Origin: Heterodontus francisci
Lineage: Eukaryota
Reading direction: 5' to 3'
Assembly (NCBI RefSeq): GCF_036365525.1
Contig: NC_090411.1
Location: forward strand, 22,707,259 to 22,771,258
Length of the DNA stretch: 64,000 bases
Shown: positions 63,262 to 64,000 of the stretch, piece after piece
Layout of the letters: every line of letters starts with the position of its first letter
Numbering within the stretch: the stretch's first letter is position 1
The notes under the pieces: generated by a model
Seen by the model: the letters and a program-made list of their open reading frames with translations, nothing else
Database searches by the model: none
What the model was told of the DNA's origin: nothing
Position numbers and translations under genes: made by a program

Positions 63262-63957
63262 TTGTAACTGTAGTGATGTCCTGCACTATCACCCTTGACC
63301 CCTCACTTGGTAACTGTAGTGATGTCCTGCACTATCACCCTTGACCCCTCACTTGGTAACTGTGGTGGTGTCCTGCACTATCACCCTTGACCCCTCACTT
63401 TGCAACTGGTGGTGATGTCCTGCACTATCACCCTTGACCCCTCACTTTGTAACTGTAGTGATGTCCTGCACTATCACCCTTGACCCCTCACTTTGTAACT
63501 GTAGTGATGTCCTGCACTATCACCCTTGACCCCTCACTTTACAACTGGTGGTGGTGTCCTGCACTATCACCCTTGACCCCTCACTTTGTAACTGTAGTGA
63601 TGTCCTGCACTATCACCCTTGACCCCTCACTTTACAACTGGTGGTGGTGTCCTGCACTATCACCCTTGACCCCTCACTTTGTAACTGGTGGTGATGTCCT
63701 GCACTATCACCCTTGACCCCTCACTTTGTAACTGGTGGTGATGTCCTGCACTATCACCCTTGACCCCTCACTTTGTAACTGGTGGTGATGTCCTGCACTA
63801 TCACCCTTGACCCCTCACTTTGTAACTGATGGTGTCCTGCACTATCACCCTTGACCCCTCACTTTGTAACTGGTGGTGATGTCCTGCACTATCACCCTTG
63901 ACCCCTCACTTTGCAACTGGTGGTGTCCTGCACGATCACCCTTGACCTCTCACTTTG
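63262..63957. repeat. Homogeneous 44-47 bp minisatellite, about 15 copies
   Basis: gtaactg(tag/gtgg)tgatgtcctgcactatcacccttgacccctcacttt in tandem. Confidence 0.95.
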
Positions 63958-64000
63958 GTCTCCCACATGTAATAAGGCAATGAAAGCAGAACTTCCTAAA

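Noticed and set aside
63262-63957. CRISPR-like array
   Set aside because: Inter-core segments are short variants of one sequence, not unique spacers; eukaryotic context; no cas genes

Overview
Vertebrate genomic DNA, almost certainly from a cartilaginous fish (shark), judged from the HE1/V-SINE, SacSINE1-like DeuSINE, CR1/L2 and Penelope repertoire. The only host coding sequence I can support is the first coding exon of an NMDA receptor GluN2 subunit (most like GRIN2B) on the minus strand (CDS 10442-10849, AG/GT flanked). The rest is intronic or upstream DNA dominated by nested mobile elements: CR1 and L2 LINEs, two young RTE LINEs (one 5'-inverted), two Penelope-like element families carrying minimal hammerhead ribozymes, short fold-back Penelope derivatives, a hAT-type MITE with perfect 12-bp TIRs, a dispersed GC-rich MITE family with 3-bp TSDs, a candidate solo LTR, three SINE families and several minisatellites. 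I found no wholly new gene system. The best leads are the ribozyme-bearing inverted Penelope cassette, the fold-back mini-Penelopes, the CRE/NRF1-carrying MITE, the twin-primed RTE and substitutions in the GluN2B ifenprodil pocket. Repeat boundaries without a stated TSD are approximate, and family names come from recognition, not database searches.
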